Assembly: GCA_963709405.1 (NCBI GenBank)
Contig: CAVPXM010000012.1
Coordinates: 1-23,812 of the forward strand
Length of the DNA: 23,812 nt
Source: an uncultured Nitrososphaerales archaeon
GTDB taxonomy: Archaea > Thermoproteota > Nitrososphaeria > Nitrososphaerales > Nitrososphaeraceae
Direction: 5' to 3'
Shown: one piece after another, positions 1 to 8,730 of the stretch
How the letters are laid out: each line of letters begins with the position of its first letter
Numbering within the stretch: the first letter of the stretch is position 1
Notes under the pieces: model-generated
Seen by the model: the letters and a program-made list of their open reading frames with translations, nothing else
The model's database searches: none
What the model was told of the DNA's origin: nothing
Position numbers and translations under genes: made by a program

Positions 1-102
1 TGGCGCTTTAACAACGCCACAGACATAGTTAAAATGAGTATGGGAGAACTAGGTGAGATTTCACTTTCTATTTGTAAGAATTGCCTAAGCAAATTTGAGT
101 AG
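1..102 (+). CDS. 3' part of a small Cys-rich (putative Zn-binding) protein; paralog of 16955..17125
   Basis: Frame 1 reads WRFNNATDIVKMSMGELGEISLSICKNCLSKFE*, which aligns to CFEKATDKIVVKVGNLGAISLLLCRDCVAKFQ of the ORF at 16955. Runs off the window start and is not in the ORF track. Confidence 0.7.
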   Translation, partial: WRFNNATDIVKMSMGELGEISLSICKNCLSKFE

Positions 103-215
103 TGGTGGTAAAATATGAAAATAATAAAAAAGGAAACGTTAGAGCAGGTCTGGAAACACAAATCTAACGTCAGATGCACATGTCAGCTCCACGAATTGGT
201 GAGGGACGATAGAAG

Positions 216-407
216 ATGATTGCTAAAGGTATATTATCAGAAGATAGAGATAAATGTTTCCAAGACAAAGGGACAGGCTGTAGTTTCAGTAATGAAGCAA
301 TTATAAATCAAATGCTTATATTACCTGAAGAGGAATTCTGGAGGTTAGTTTCCATCCGTCTGAATGTGCCACTGTCTGAAAGCAAATCGGAAGGAACTAG
401 GAGATGA
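216..407 (+). CDS. hypothetical protein (element-associated)
   Basis: 63-aa ORF in a tightly packed co-directional string; no recognisable domain. Confidence 0.35.
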   Translation: MIAKGILSEDRDKCFQDKGTGCSFSNEAIINQMLILPEEEFWRLVSIRLNVPLSESKSEGTRR

Positions 408-720
408 ACATCGTGAATATTGGTCTTGGAATTATCTAGTGGAAGAGATCTTCCTGCGGATTGCAGCATTAAAGGTTTTAGTTACTCATAATGGTAAGCA
501 AATTAACATTTACAAATATTATAATCAGGCCTTACGCCTTGGAAGATGGATTCCGATAGCAAAGCCACAAGTTGAATTTGTCATCAATACATCAGATCTA
601 ACTGTAAGAATATTAGCTGAACTCAAGGCTTTAGGTCCAGAAGAATCACAACAGGTACTGAAATTAGCAGACTGTACAAATTTTCGAAAATATTGTTGGT
701 CCAAGGTATACTCATGGTAG
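364..720 (+). CDS. hypothetical protein, start uncertain or possibly degraded
   Basis: 118-aa ORF directly upstream of the MCM-like remnant; no recognisable domain. Confidence 0.35.
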   Translation: MCHCLKANRKELGDEHREYWSWNYLVEEIFLRIAALKVLVTHNGKQINIYKYYNQALRLGRWIPIAKPQVEFVINTSDLTVRILAELKALGPEESQQVLKLADCTNFRKYCWSKVYSW

Positions 721-749
721 TATAGTTCGAAATCTAAGTGTGAGGTTAG

Positions 750-988
750 ATGAATAATATGGTGTCAGCAGCCAGTCCATTGTACTCTGTTTCTGAAGCA
801 AAGAAGATTAAGTCTGGGCAGATAACGGTTACTGGAATCATAAGTTCACTTTCACTCAATACTGGGTAATATCTAATTCAAAGTGGGAATGTCCTAATTG
901 CAACCAAGTTGGTAGCCAGAATTATATACCGCCTCGTATGCTCCCACCAAAACGTCTGGACAATACCTCAGGTACTGAAATACGATAG
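750..988 (+). pseudogene. N-terminal remnant of an MCM-like helicase (OB fold plus Zn finger)
   Basis: MNNMVSAASPLYSVSEAKKIKSGQITVTGIISSLS, then a frameshift near 865, then VISNSKWECPNCNQ. Resembles the MCM N-domain pattern (..GKLIxVxGIIxxxS...xxFxCxxC). Ends at TAG 986-988 with no ATPase domain. Confidence 0.5.
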
Positions 989-1230
989 TGCCAAACCTAA
1001 TGTTGCTACGACGATACTTATTACTTCCAATGTTTTGCAGACGTCCTTACCTTCCATTTAATCACCTCAGCGCTGGGCATACCATACGCTGTAACCGCTT
1101 CTCTCATTCACTAATAATTATCTAATGAAATGATGGAATTGATTGACTCGTACGATACATTATTTGTTGGATTAAGTACTTCATCTTGCTAAGCGCGTCT
1201 AGAGTTGAGACATATGTGTTCATGCCTCAT

Positions 1231-1253
1231 GTCAGTTACGTCAGATATGTCAG
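1231..1253. repeat. three GTCAG units at exact 9-bp period (iteron-like)
   Basis: GTCAG at 1231, 1240 and 1249 (gtcagttac gtcagatat gtcag). Confidence 0.55.
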
Positions 1254-1364
1254 ATAATCCGTTAAAATGTTGCTGTAGTTCTCTAGGGACATTCTGTAAA
1301 ATAGAGTAAGGTCAGATTCGTCATCTACCACCATGATTTGTTTCCTTCTTTTCCCGTCGCTCAT
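1236..1364 (-). pseudogene. response regulator receiver domain, N-terminal fragment
   Basis: MSDGKRRKQIMVVDDESDLTLFYRMSLE has the receiver beta1 acidic motif (IMVVDDE); similarity is lost after ~28 aa and a stop follows. Confidence 0.75.
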
Positions 1365-1525
1365 TCATTTAACACCCGTATTTTTTTTCTCTTGAGGTCT
1401 GTAATTTCCTTATATATTAACCATCGATTAATAGAAGGGAACGCTATAGATGCTAACTAGTACTGGATGTCATAAAATCTGAAAGATTGGATACTTTCAT
1501 TAATGCTTACAAGTAAATTCCTACT

Positions 1526-1606
1526 TACTAGGTACGGTACCTCATACCGACTAAGTTAGGAATTACTACTGTATTTAAAATAATGTACTTACCTAATGAA
1601 CCTTAT
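1526..1606 (+). promoter_or_regulatory. conserved upstream module, copy 1 (palindromic operator-like site plus TATA-like box)
   Basis: TACTAGGTACGGTAC at 1526-1540 is identical to 19166-19180. Contains the palindrome AGGTAC-G-GTACCT (1530-1542). TTTAAAA at 1574-1580, 33 nt before ATG 1607. Confidence 0.65.
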
Positions 1607-2693
1607 ATGCAAGTAGGAATTGATAGCTTCGCAGCATGGGATGACGCTGGAATATCAGTCAGCCCGTCTGAGCGTTTACAAAGATTAGTCGAACAAATTG
1701 AATATGCAGATAAAATTGGGTTAGACGTGTTTGGAGTCGGCGAACATCACCGTCGGGAGTTCCTTGATTCGGCTCCTGTTGTCATCCTAGCTGGCAGCCG
1801 CACGAACTCAACGCATACGTCTCACCAGTGCAGTAACGGTACCTGAGTCGCAGCCGACCCGGTACGAGTGTTTCAAGAATTCTCAACCCTCGATCTTCTT
1901 GTCGCAAGGTCGGGCAGAGATGGTTGTGGGCCGTGGCTCGTTCATCGAAGCGTTTCCCCTGTTCGGATTGAGATTGGAAGACTATGACTCGCTTTTCGAA
2001 GAGAAGCTCGATTTACTACTGAAGATTCGTGACAATGAGCACGTTCACTGGTCTGGCAAATATCGGCCTACTCTGAATGGTCAGGGAGTGTATCCTAGAT
2101 CCTTACAAAATCCTTTGCCGATATGGATAGGCGTTGGTGGAACTCCACAATCATTTGTTCGTGCTGGTATGCTTGGACTCCCGTTGATGGTCGCAATCAT
2201 AGGCGGCGAAACGCGCAGCTTCAGGCCACTCATAGATCTTTACAGGGAGGCTGGAAGGCGAGCCGGCTATTTACCTGATCAATTGAAAGTAGGCGTGCAT
2301 TCACTGGGCTATGTCGCAGAGAGCACGCAAGAGGCAGTTGATGGCTTCTTTCCAGGCTATGCACGTACCATGACGGAGATAGGAAAGGAACGTGGATGGC
2401 CTAAGATGACCCGTGCGAGTTTTGATGCACAGCGGGGTCAGCAAGGTGCACTTCTTGTAGGAGATCCAGATGAGGTAGCTGAGAAGATCATCCGGCACGG
2501 CAAGGCGCTAGGCGGCATTTCTCGGATCACTTTTATGATGAATCCAGCCTCGTTACCTCACGAGAAGCTGATGAGAGCTACCGAATTAATAGGCAAGCGT
2601 GTCGCCCCTGCACTTCGCGAAGAATTCGGTGGAAATGATGGGAAGATGCTTGACATGACTGAAAACTCGAATTTGTTATCTAGGCCTTTCTAA
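1607..2693 (+). pseudogene. LLM-class (luciferase-like) flavin-dependent oxidoreductase, frameshifted
   Basis: MQVGIDSFAA...GLDVFGVGEHHRREF...; the [28 protein letters not shown] segment is recoverable across ~4 small indels at 1790-1900; continues GRAEMVVGRGSFIE...LPIWIGVGG. Visibly GC-richer than its flanks. Confidence 0.9.
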
Positions 2694-2724
2694 TTAATTT
2701 TTTAACTATAGAAATTTTATTTGC

Positions 2725-3080
2725 CACAGGATGTAATACTAACATACAGGATAATAGTGTGATTCACGTTACAACCAATAGATATCCTACCATTATTGGA
2801 AACAATGTTACAATTGGTCATTCAGTTACCCTTCATGGATGCACAATTAAGGACAACGCTTTAGTCGGTATTGGATCGATTGTGATGGATCAGTCTGAAA
2901 TAGCAGAATGGTCTATTTTCAGCAGCTGGTTCAGTCTTAAAACCAGGTACGAAGATCCCATCGGGCAAACTTTGGGGGGGTATACCTGCAAAAGAAATAC
3001 GCGACATCACTGAAAGAGAAAGAGAATGGATAAGAGAATTATTCAATAACTATATTAGTATGTCTAAGGAGTATCTCTGA
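2725..3080 (+). pseudogene. gamma-carbonic anhydrase family (hexapeptide repeat) protein, 5'-truncated and frameshifted
   Basis: TNIQDNSVIHV...IGNNVTIGHSVTLHGCTI with the three Zn-ligand His; frameshift near 2920, then AAGSVLKPGTKIPSGKLWGGIPAKEIR...EYL* (TGA 3078-3080). Confidence 0.85.
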
Positions 3081-3358
3081 ATGTAACATCATATTTTACA
3101 GTTAGGCTCGTAAAAAATATTTAGTTACTAGATGTATTAAATAAATTAATAAGGGTATATTTCGTGGCAATCTGGTTGTACACGATTTCTTAGCATGGTG
3201 ATTGTCACCTTCCTATCGCAATCTTCACAGTCATGTCATGTCTGTCAGTTCGACATATTCGGTAGTGACCTAGATTATTTTTTTGAATAAGAGAATCTAG
3301 ACAGGAATTCTTACTATAAGTAGCGCGCATCTAAATGAAACACAGTCAAGTCCTCTAG

Positions 3359-3481
3359 TTACACCCAGGATACCCGGGTTATTTTAAACTCTAGAGAAGA
3401 ATTTATGAATGCATACAAGAGGTATACTATAAGGAAAAATTATAATAGAATACAAAACTATCCCGGGTCTCTCGGGTGTAA
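3359..3481. repeat. 20-bp imperfect inverted repeat flanking an AT-rich spacer (ori-like)
   Basis: TTACACCCAGGATACCCGGG (3359-3378) vs CCCGGGTCTCTCGGGTGTAA (3462-3481), 17/20 complementary. Each arm holds two ACCC/GGGT units 9 bp apart; 83-bp AT-rich spacer. Confidence 0.7.
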
Positions 3482-3938
3482 AATACAAGATTCCAATTAG
3501 AACCAATGTTCCATGATGACCCTGTGATTACAATTATGTAGAGTACAAAGGTAGACAAAGCAACATTATTCTGACCACTCAATGCGAAAATACATCGAAA
3601 AATATCTGAGGATAAAGACTCTGCCCATAAACAAATCAGGCTGCTAATTTATTCTATAATTCAAAAGCAAAAATCTAAAAAATAAGTAACCTAATGCGCC
3701 GTAATAACTAGCATAGATGAATACCAGTCGGCTGTTAATTTATGTGCCATCGCACTCATTAGGTCGCCTGATTTTATATTTGAGTCTGCCTGTTCCTGTT
3801 CTTCTTTGATTTTCTGAATAAAATATTCGCGTTGACGTATTTGTTTTTGCTTAAATATATAGATCCATTGTCTTTTGAGATTTGCTCAAGTCAGCAGAAA
3901 TTTTCTCATTAAGTTTTCGGGTTGATTCATGCTGCCTA

Positions 3939-4053
3939 CAGAATATGGCCAAAGAGATGTTGCTAAAAGCATCACTGTATAACATGTTTGCTATCGGGAT
4001 GTAGAGATATAGATAATGTACAAGAACGATAAAATGATTCATGCAACAGAGCT
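3939..4053 (+). mobile_element. displaced right end of the IS5-family (IS903 group) element: transposase C-terminus plus terminal inverted repeat
   Basis: 3939-4004 reads QNMAKEMLLKASLYNMFAIGM*, the natural continuation of ...FGEYVTARKFQ at 6218. Followed by gataaaatgattcaTGCAACAGAGC, matching gataatgattttgTGCAACAAAGC at 7103-7126. Confidence 0.85.
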
Positions 4054-4273
4054 GAATTCAACAAAGCCTTCCGCCATGAAAGGATTATGATCCATCCACG
4101 AAAGAGTTCTTTCTCCCCTAAACATCTTTAAGAATTCCTCTTCGTCCTTAAAGTATGACTTTATAGCTTTGAAAATACCTTGTAGATACATGGGACTATT
4201 TTCATCAGCTAATGCTAAAGCGTGCTCTGGGGGTAATCTTGTACTTTCTGCTGTTAGGATCATACTCTATATA
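4054..4273 (-). pseudogene. class I SAM-dependent methyltransferase (wHTH-MTase type), N-proximal fragment
   Basis: YIEYDPNSRKYKITP / PEHALALADENSPMYLQG...LSWMDHNPFMAEGFVEF; stops exactly at the IS terminal repeat and continues as EFFKSGYIGNL at 7130. Confidence 0.85.
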
Positions 4274-4585
4274 TTTGGAAAGCCCTGCATCTTTGATTAT
4301 CTGCGCGGTTCCTTTAGGTTTTGGATCTAGGCTAGGCCCACCCTTCACCTCCTTTTGCTTACCACCGTCATATGCAATGCCAAGAATTACCTTATCTGCA
4401 ACGCTTTTCAGAGCATCGACTACGTCATGATCCTTTAAATCGTAGATGGCACAATCTAACGTCTGTTGGGCCGACTGAATGAACTGTACGAGATGATTAG
4501 TTGCCTTTCCATCAACGTTTGCCCTAGCAGATTGGAAATATACATCCAACCCCGGTTTGGAAAAGCCAGTTACATTATGTGACAT
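4271..4585 (-). pseudogene. phospholipase D-like (PLD/Nuc) domain protein, truncated before the HKD motif
   Basis: LVQFIQSAQQTLDCAIYDLKDHDVVDAL...IAYD is a typical PLD-domain N-terminus; fused in frame to the methyltransferase fragment, with no HxK(x4)D present. Confidence 0.7.
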
Positions 4586-4854
4586 ATCCCGCTCACCTAT
4601 GTCCAGAAGTCAGAAAAGCGTTTCGAATGCCTGAATATGTATGAAAGTCTATCGTAACTACTGTCTGTTGATTAGATGACATATGAATTTGTTAAAGTAT
4701 ATGACAAGATAAGATTCGCTAAGAGTGTCTTCTTACTAATAATAATTAGACCTGATTCTAGAAACATGAACTCATGTACGTGGCTACCATAAATGGCGCG
4801 TGCATTTATTTGAATATCTCATGACTTATCTAATCGATCCGTTTCTATTACCCA

Positions 4855-5076
4855 TTACCCATTAACTTGAACTCTTCTGTGTTCACTCCTGATATGCGCT
4901 TGGGTTTCGTGGCGTGTTCTAAATTTCAACCTGCATACTCTACAGATTAGTCGTCTTACTCTTGGTCTCTTAGTGTAATCGGTTTTTGAGGTTCTCGCAA
5001 TATCCAGATATTCACCAGCATAAATCAGGTCGTCATCTTCATGGGAGTTGTCCTCGGCAGTAATAGACGTTACCAT
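4855..5076 (-). CDS. small C2H2 zinc-finger protein
   Basis: CRVC-x12-HIRSEH motif (ICRVCRLKFRTRHETQAHIRSEH); likely ATG at 5076. Confidence 0.7.
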   Translation of the reverse strand: MVTSITAEDNSHEDDDLIYAGEYLDIARTSKTDYTKRPRVRRLICRVCRLKFRTRHETQAHIRSEHRRVQVNG

Positions 5077-5405
5077 GACAACACTGCATAGCTTCAAGAT
5101 ATCGATAATATATAAGCTACACGGTAGTTAGAACAACACAAAGATGGGACGGTCAAAGGCCCGCAATACAATGTCTGCTGCCGCTCGTTCAGAAGATGGC
5201 GGATAAATGAAAAGATAAAACATAGTAGACAAATCCAAATCAGATTATATCGGTTGTTCGATCAGATCCAGGATAAATATATCGGAAAATGTGTTCTCTA
5301 TTACAGATGTGCGGCGTGCCAAATTATAAGCATATTCTAAAATGGGATATCAGATCTTAGACTAGCAGCTCGATATACATGAACTTTGAATAGATAAAAA
5401 TTTAC

Positions 5406-5999
5406 GTGTATGTCAGTCGTTGGCGTGTGTCTATATCTATTCCATACTTCTACCTTATTGTAAGATATATGATGCAATTTATATTGTTTAATCGAATGTA
5501 TCTACATATCTGTGCTCCAGGGTGTGGTATAATATTCCAAAATGAAAAGTCATTCCCAGCTTCCACTGATAGTTTAACCGTACACTTAGTGCTTATTACA
5601 GGTTCAGAGATTTCGAAAAAAATTGTTCATGTTCAGCTAAAGCAATCTATAATTATGACGGGGATAGTTTTGATTCTTCTGTTTGGTGCAAATTCCTCAT
5701 CACTCATTATAATGACTACATATCCTCCATGGGGTGTTTTATCGATTAGAGAGGGTCAGGCGAAGGTGCAAGACGCTATATTAAATAGAATACAGCACGT
5801 ATCCAAACAAGTAATCGATGAGCTTGAGTCATATAATCTCGTTCGTACATCTCTTGAACCAGTCGACGTTCAAAAGTATGTTCAGGAGGTATTGAAGGAG
5901 AAGGCAATGATAGACTCGAATTTGTTCAAAACCCAAAAGACAGAGCATATGGCTGACATCAACAGGATACACTTCTACTGCCAGGTGTTCCTTTTTTAG
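5406..5999 (+). pseudogene. remnant of a membrane protein with helical C-terminal tail; start uncertain
   Basis: TM-like IIMTGIVLILLFGA...YPPWGVLSI joined to a helical tail SLEPVDVQKYVQEVLKE; looks internally deleted. Family recognition is from memory only. Confidence 0.4.
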
Positions 6000-6136
6000 A
6001 AGCATAGTCTTAGTAAATTATTTTCTCTGCCTTCACATTAGTACTAAAAATATCTCCAACATATTTGCCATTTTTCACTCTAGCGTTGACAAATACCATC
6101 ATAACATATGAATATAACAATATTGTTGTTATACTA

Positions 6137-6217
6137 CTAGTCTAACTCTGCTGATAGTCTTTTAATTAAATCTTTTATTGTAACTGGCTTTTCGATATAA
6201 CATCCCAAATTTACATG
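6137..6217 (-). pseudogene. response regulator receiver domain, C-terminal fragment fused to the transposase
   Basis: LGCYIEKPVTIKDLIKRLSAELD* matches the receiver beta5-KP-alpha5 terminus. Confidence 0.7.
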
Positions 6218-7038
6218 CTGAAACTTTCTTGCAGTTACATACTCGCCAAACGTTCTTTTGATAGACGAGAATACCGTTTCTGCCATCCACCTTTGTCCAT
6301 AGCTCACGCTATGTTTCCATCTTTTGAGGTTTGCTTGTTGTCTCATTACAGACCTATTCCTTGCTTGACAGTTGCCTGTCTTGACCTTGGAATTACTTCT
6401 TGTCTTTATACCAGGTTTAATATGGTTCTTGGATAGATATCTAAAATTCTTATTACTGTCATACATACCATCTGCTAACGCACCCTTTACATTGTTATTT
6501 GCAGAAGCATTATCAATCAACTTCTTTAGCATCTTGCCATCGTGTACTTCTTCACTAGTAACCTCCAAAGAAATAATCTTCTTATTCTTGATGTTTACTG
6601 CTACATGTATTTTCAGATAACCTCTTCTTACGTGCCATTTATGTCGTATCCATTCACCTCTATTAGCAACTTTGATTCCTGTACTATCTAATGCTATAAT
6701 GATGTCGTCATCATTACCTACTTCATGTCGTTCGCTGATTCTGATATCCTGGTTATTAATACGTCTGTTAATTGTACCTGTAGTTTGGAATAGATGGTAT
6801 CTTATTACCAGCATGAGCTATGACTACGCCTTCTGCTTGGCGGTATGGCAGATGAAAATATACCCTCATGTAACCTAGTAATTGGATAAACGAATCTGGA
6901 TAGTGGTACTGTCCACCCCTCTTTCCATCATTCATTAAGTCCAACTCACTATACCAACTATCTAATTATGACATCAAAATCTAGAATAACTTCACCTCGC
7001 CTAACTAGCGATTTGTTATAAAAAGACCAGTTAATCAT
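6218..7038 (-). pseudogene. IS5-family DDE transposase, frameshifted and split
   Basis: MINWSFYNKSLVRRGE start at 7038, at least 3 frameshifts in 6780-6970, then ALDSTG, KIHVAV, LADGMYD, YGQRWMAETVFSSIKR (DDE plus YREK-type motif). Confidence 0.92.
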
Positions 7039-7127
7039 GTCCAACAATAATCTCATTACATGTTAGCTAAATCTCAATTGGTCAACAAACTCATACCTAT
7101 ATGATAATGATTTTGTGCAACAAAGCA
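6218..7127 (-). mobile_element. IS5-family (IS903 group) insertion sequence, left end and body
   Basis: Terminal repeat GCTTTGTTGCA (minus strand, from 7126) resembles the IS903 end GGCTTTGTTG; transposase pseudogene inside. Confidence 0.9.
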
Positions 7128-7786
7128 CTGAATTCTTCAAATCTGGTTACATTGGTAACTTGATTAATTCGTGGATTCCGGCAGTAGATAATGGAAATGT
7201 TCTTGAAAAACTAAAAAAAGGTGCTAGAGTAGCGGATGTTGGCTGTGGTTTTGGTATTACTACTTTGATGATGGCAAAAACATATCCAAATTCTACCTTT
7301 ACAGGATTTGATTTTCACAAAGAATCAATTGAAAAAGCAAAGGAATCTGCAAAAAAAGAGAAAATAAATAATGCAAAATTTGAAGTATCGTCAGCTTCAG
7401 AATTTCCAGGGAGTGGCTATGATTTTGTTACATTTTTTGACTGCCTGCATGATATGGGAGATCCTGAAGGAGCATTAACTCACACAAGAAACGTTATCAA
7501 GAAAGATGATGGTGGTGGCGATAGCAGGAATAATAGTGGTACTTGCATGATTGTAGAGCCATTTGCACAATATGAATTAGAAAATAATGTAAATCCAGTA
7601 GCAAGTACGTTTTACGCTCCCTCTACGCTAATATGCGTTCCCAATTCATTAGCTTTCAATGGACCTGCACTGGGAGCACAAGCAGGAGAAAACAGAATAA
7701 AAGATGTAGCAATGAAGAGTGGCTTTTCTCACTTCAAAAGAGTGCTTGAGACACCACTAAACATAGTTTATGAGGCCAAACCATAG
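7127..7786 (+). pseudogene. class I SAM-dependent methyltransferase, C-terminal catalytic part
   Basis: EFFKSGYIGNL...VADVGCGFG...FFDCLHDMGDP...LGAQAGE; its 5' end abuts the IS terminal repeat and the ORF-track start lies inside that repeat. Confidence 0.9.
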
Positions 7787-8041
7787 TTAGATTATGGATA
7801 GAATGTAATAAAAAGAGGAAAAATAATTTTTATTCTAGTTCTTTTTCACATTCTCTATTTTTTATTTAATTGCCTTTAAAGAAAAAATCTTTTTCCACTT
7901 GTTCGGCTCTTATAGAGACATCACGCATGTATATAAAAACATCAATGTAAGACGAAGATCTGTTTGAGTTGGCCGACATAGTCTTTGTAGTAGAAATTGC
8001 GACAGCAATAGCTACTTTAGATAAGGGCCGGGGTTTTCCAA

Positions 8042-8374
8042 TCATTTGATGTCCGAGATACTTGTTAGTATACTCTGGTCTTTCTGCAGATGTTCCATCA
8101 AGACATCTCTTATCAGTTGGCATGCCTTGATGATCTTGGGGTTTGCAATATTGTAGTACACATTCAAACCATCCTTTCTTGTTGCAACAACGCCTCTCTG
8201 TCTAAGAACGGATAGGTGCTGAGACAGATGTGCCTGCCTTATCCTCAGCTTCTTTGCCAGAGCTCCGACTGTCATTTCTCCATCTTGCAGTTCGTTTATG
8301 ATTCTGAGCCTTACGGGATTCGATAAGGTTTTGCATATTTCTGCATGCAGCTCAAAAAGCCTTTCCTGATTCAT
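8042..8374 (-). CDS. ArsR/SmtB-family transcriptional regulator
   Basis: AEICKTLSNPVRLRII...MTVGALA...SQHLSVLRQRGVV..RKDGLNVYY; Cys in helix 1 and a C-terminal Cys (KACQ). Confidence 0.9.
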   Translation of the reverse strand: MNQERLFELHAEICKTLSNPVRLRIINELQDGEMTVGALAKKLRIRQAHLSQHLSVLRQRGVVATRKDGLNVYYNIANPKIIKACQLIRDVLMEHLQKDQSILTSISDIK

Positions 8375-8410
8375 GGTACCCATCCACTGCAATTGTTCTA
8401 AATGTCATCA

Positions 8411-8726
8411 TTAGAATGTCAGCACCCTGTCCGAATCTACAACCAGCTTTAGCATGTCTTTCATAGTAGAGATAGGACATACCTCAAACTGCATGTTACG
8501 CGACTTGATGCAAGTGCCAAGCAAGCATAGTTCCGCCAAGTTGGTTCAGCATGTCGAGCTGTTCTTTTACGTTGAATTTCTCGCTCTTGATATTTTCGAT
8601 TTCAACACCGGCCCCGAGAAGAAAGATTTTCACCTCGTGACTCTCTAGAATGGCACTATTTGCAAACCTTAGGGTGTTCCACACCACTTCATGGTCAGTG
8701 CTGCTGATGATAATTCCTATCTTCAT
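8411..8726 (-). pseudogene. DsrE/DsrF-like sulfur relay protein, one frameshift
   Basis: MKIGIIISSTDHEVVWNTLRFAN...VKIFLLGAGVE; frameshift near 8518 inside the A(C)GTC motif, then GTCIKSRNMQFEVCPISTMKDMLKLVVDSDRVLTF*. Confidence 0.85.
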
Positions 8727-8730
8727 TTGA

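Noticed and set aside
1519-1561. Integron attC site (TCCTAC...GTTAGGA hairpin) paired with the integrase
   Set aside because: Only ~43 bp, cores deviate from RYYYAAC/GTTRRRY, there is no array of such sites after genes, and I see no IntI-specific insertion in the integrase. Kept only as an unexplained hairpin.
3693-3937. Minus-strand coiled-coil-like gene tail (RQHESTRKLNEK.../KQKQIRQREYFIQK...)
   Set aside because: Protein-like but frameshifted, without a start and without a recognisable family; too weak to call.
6113-6133. TATAACAA-n5-TTGTTATA palindrome
   Set aside because: AT-rich, single copy, just downstream of a stop codon; expected by chance or a simple terminator-like feature.
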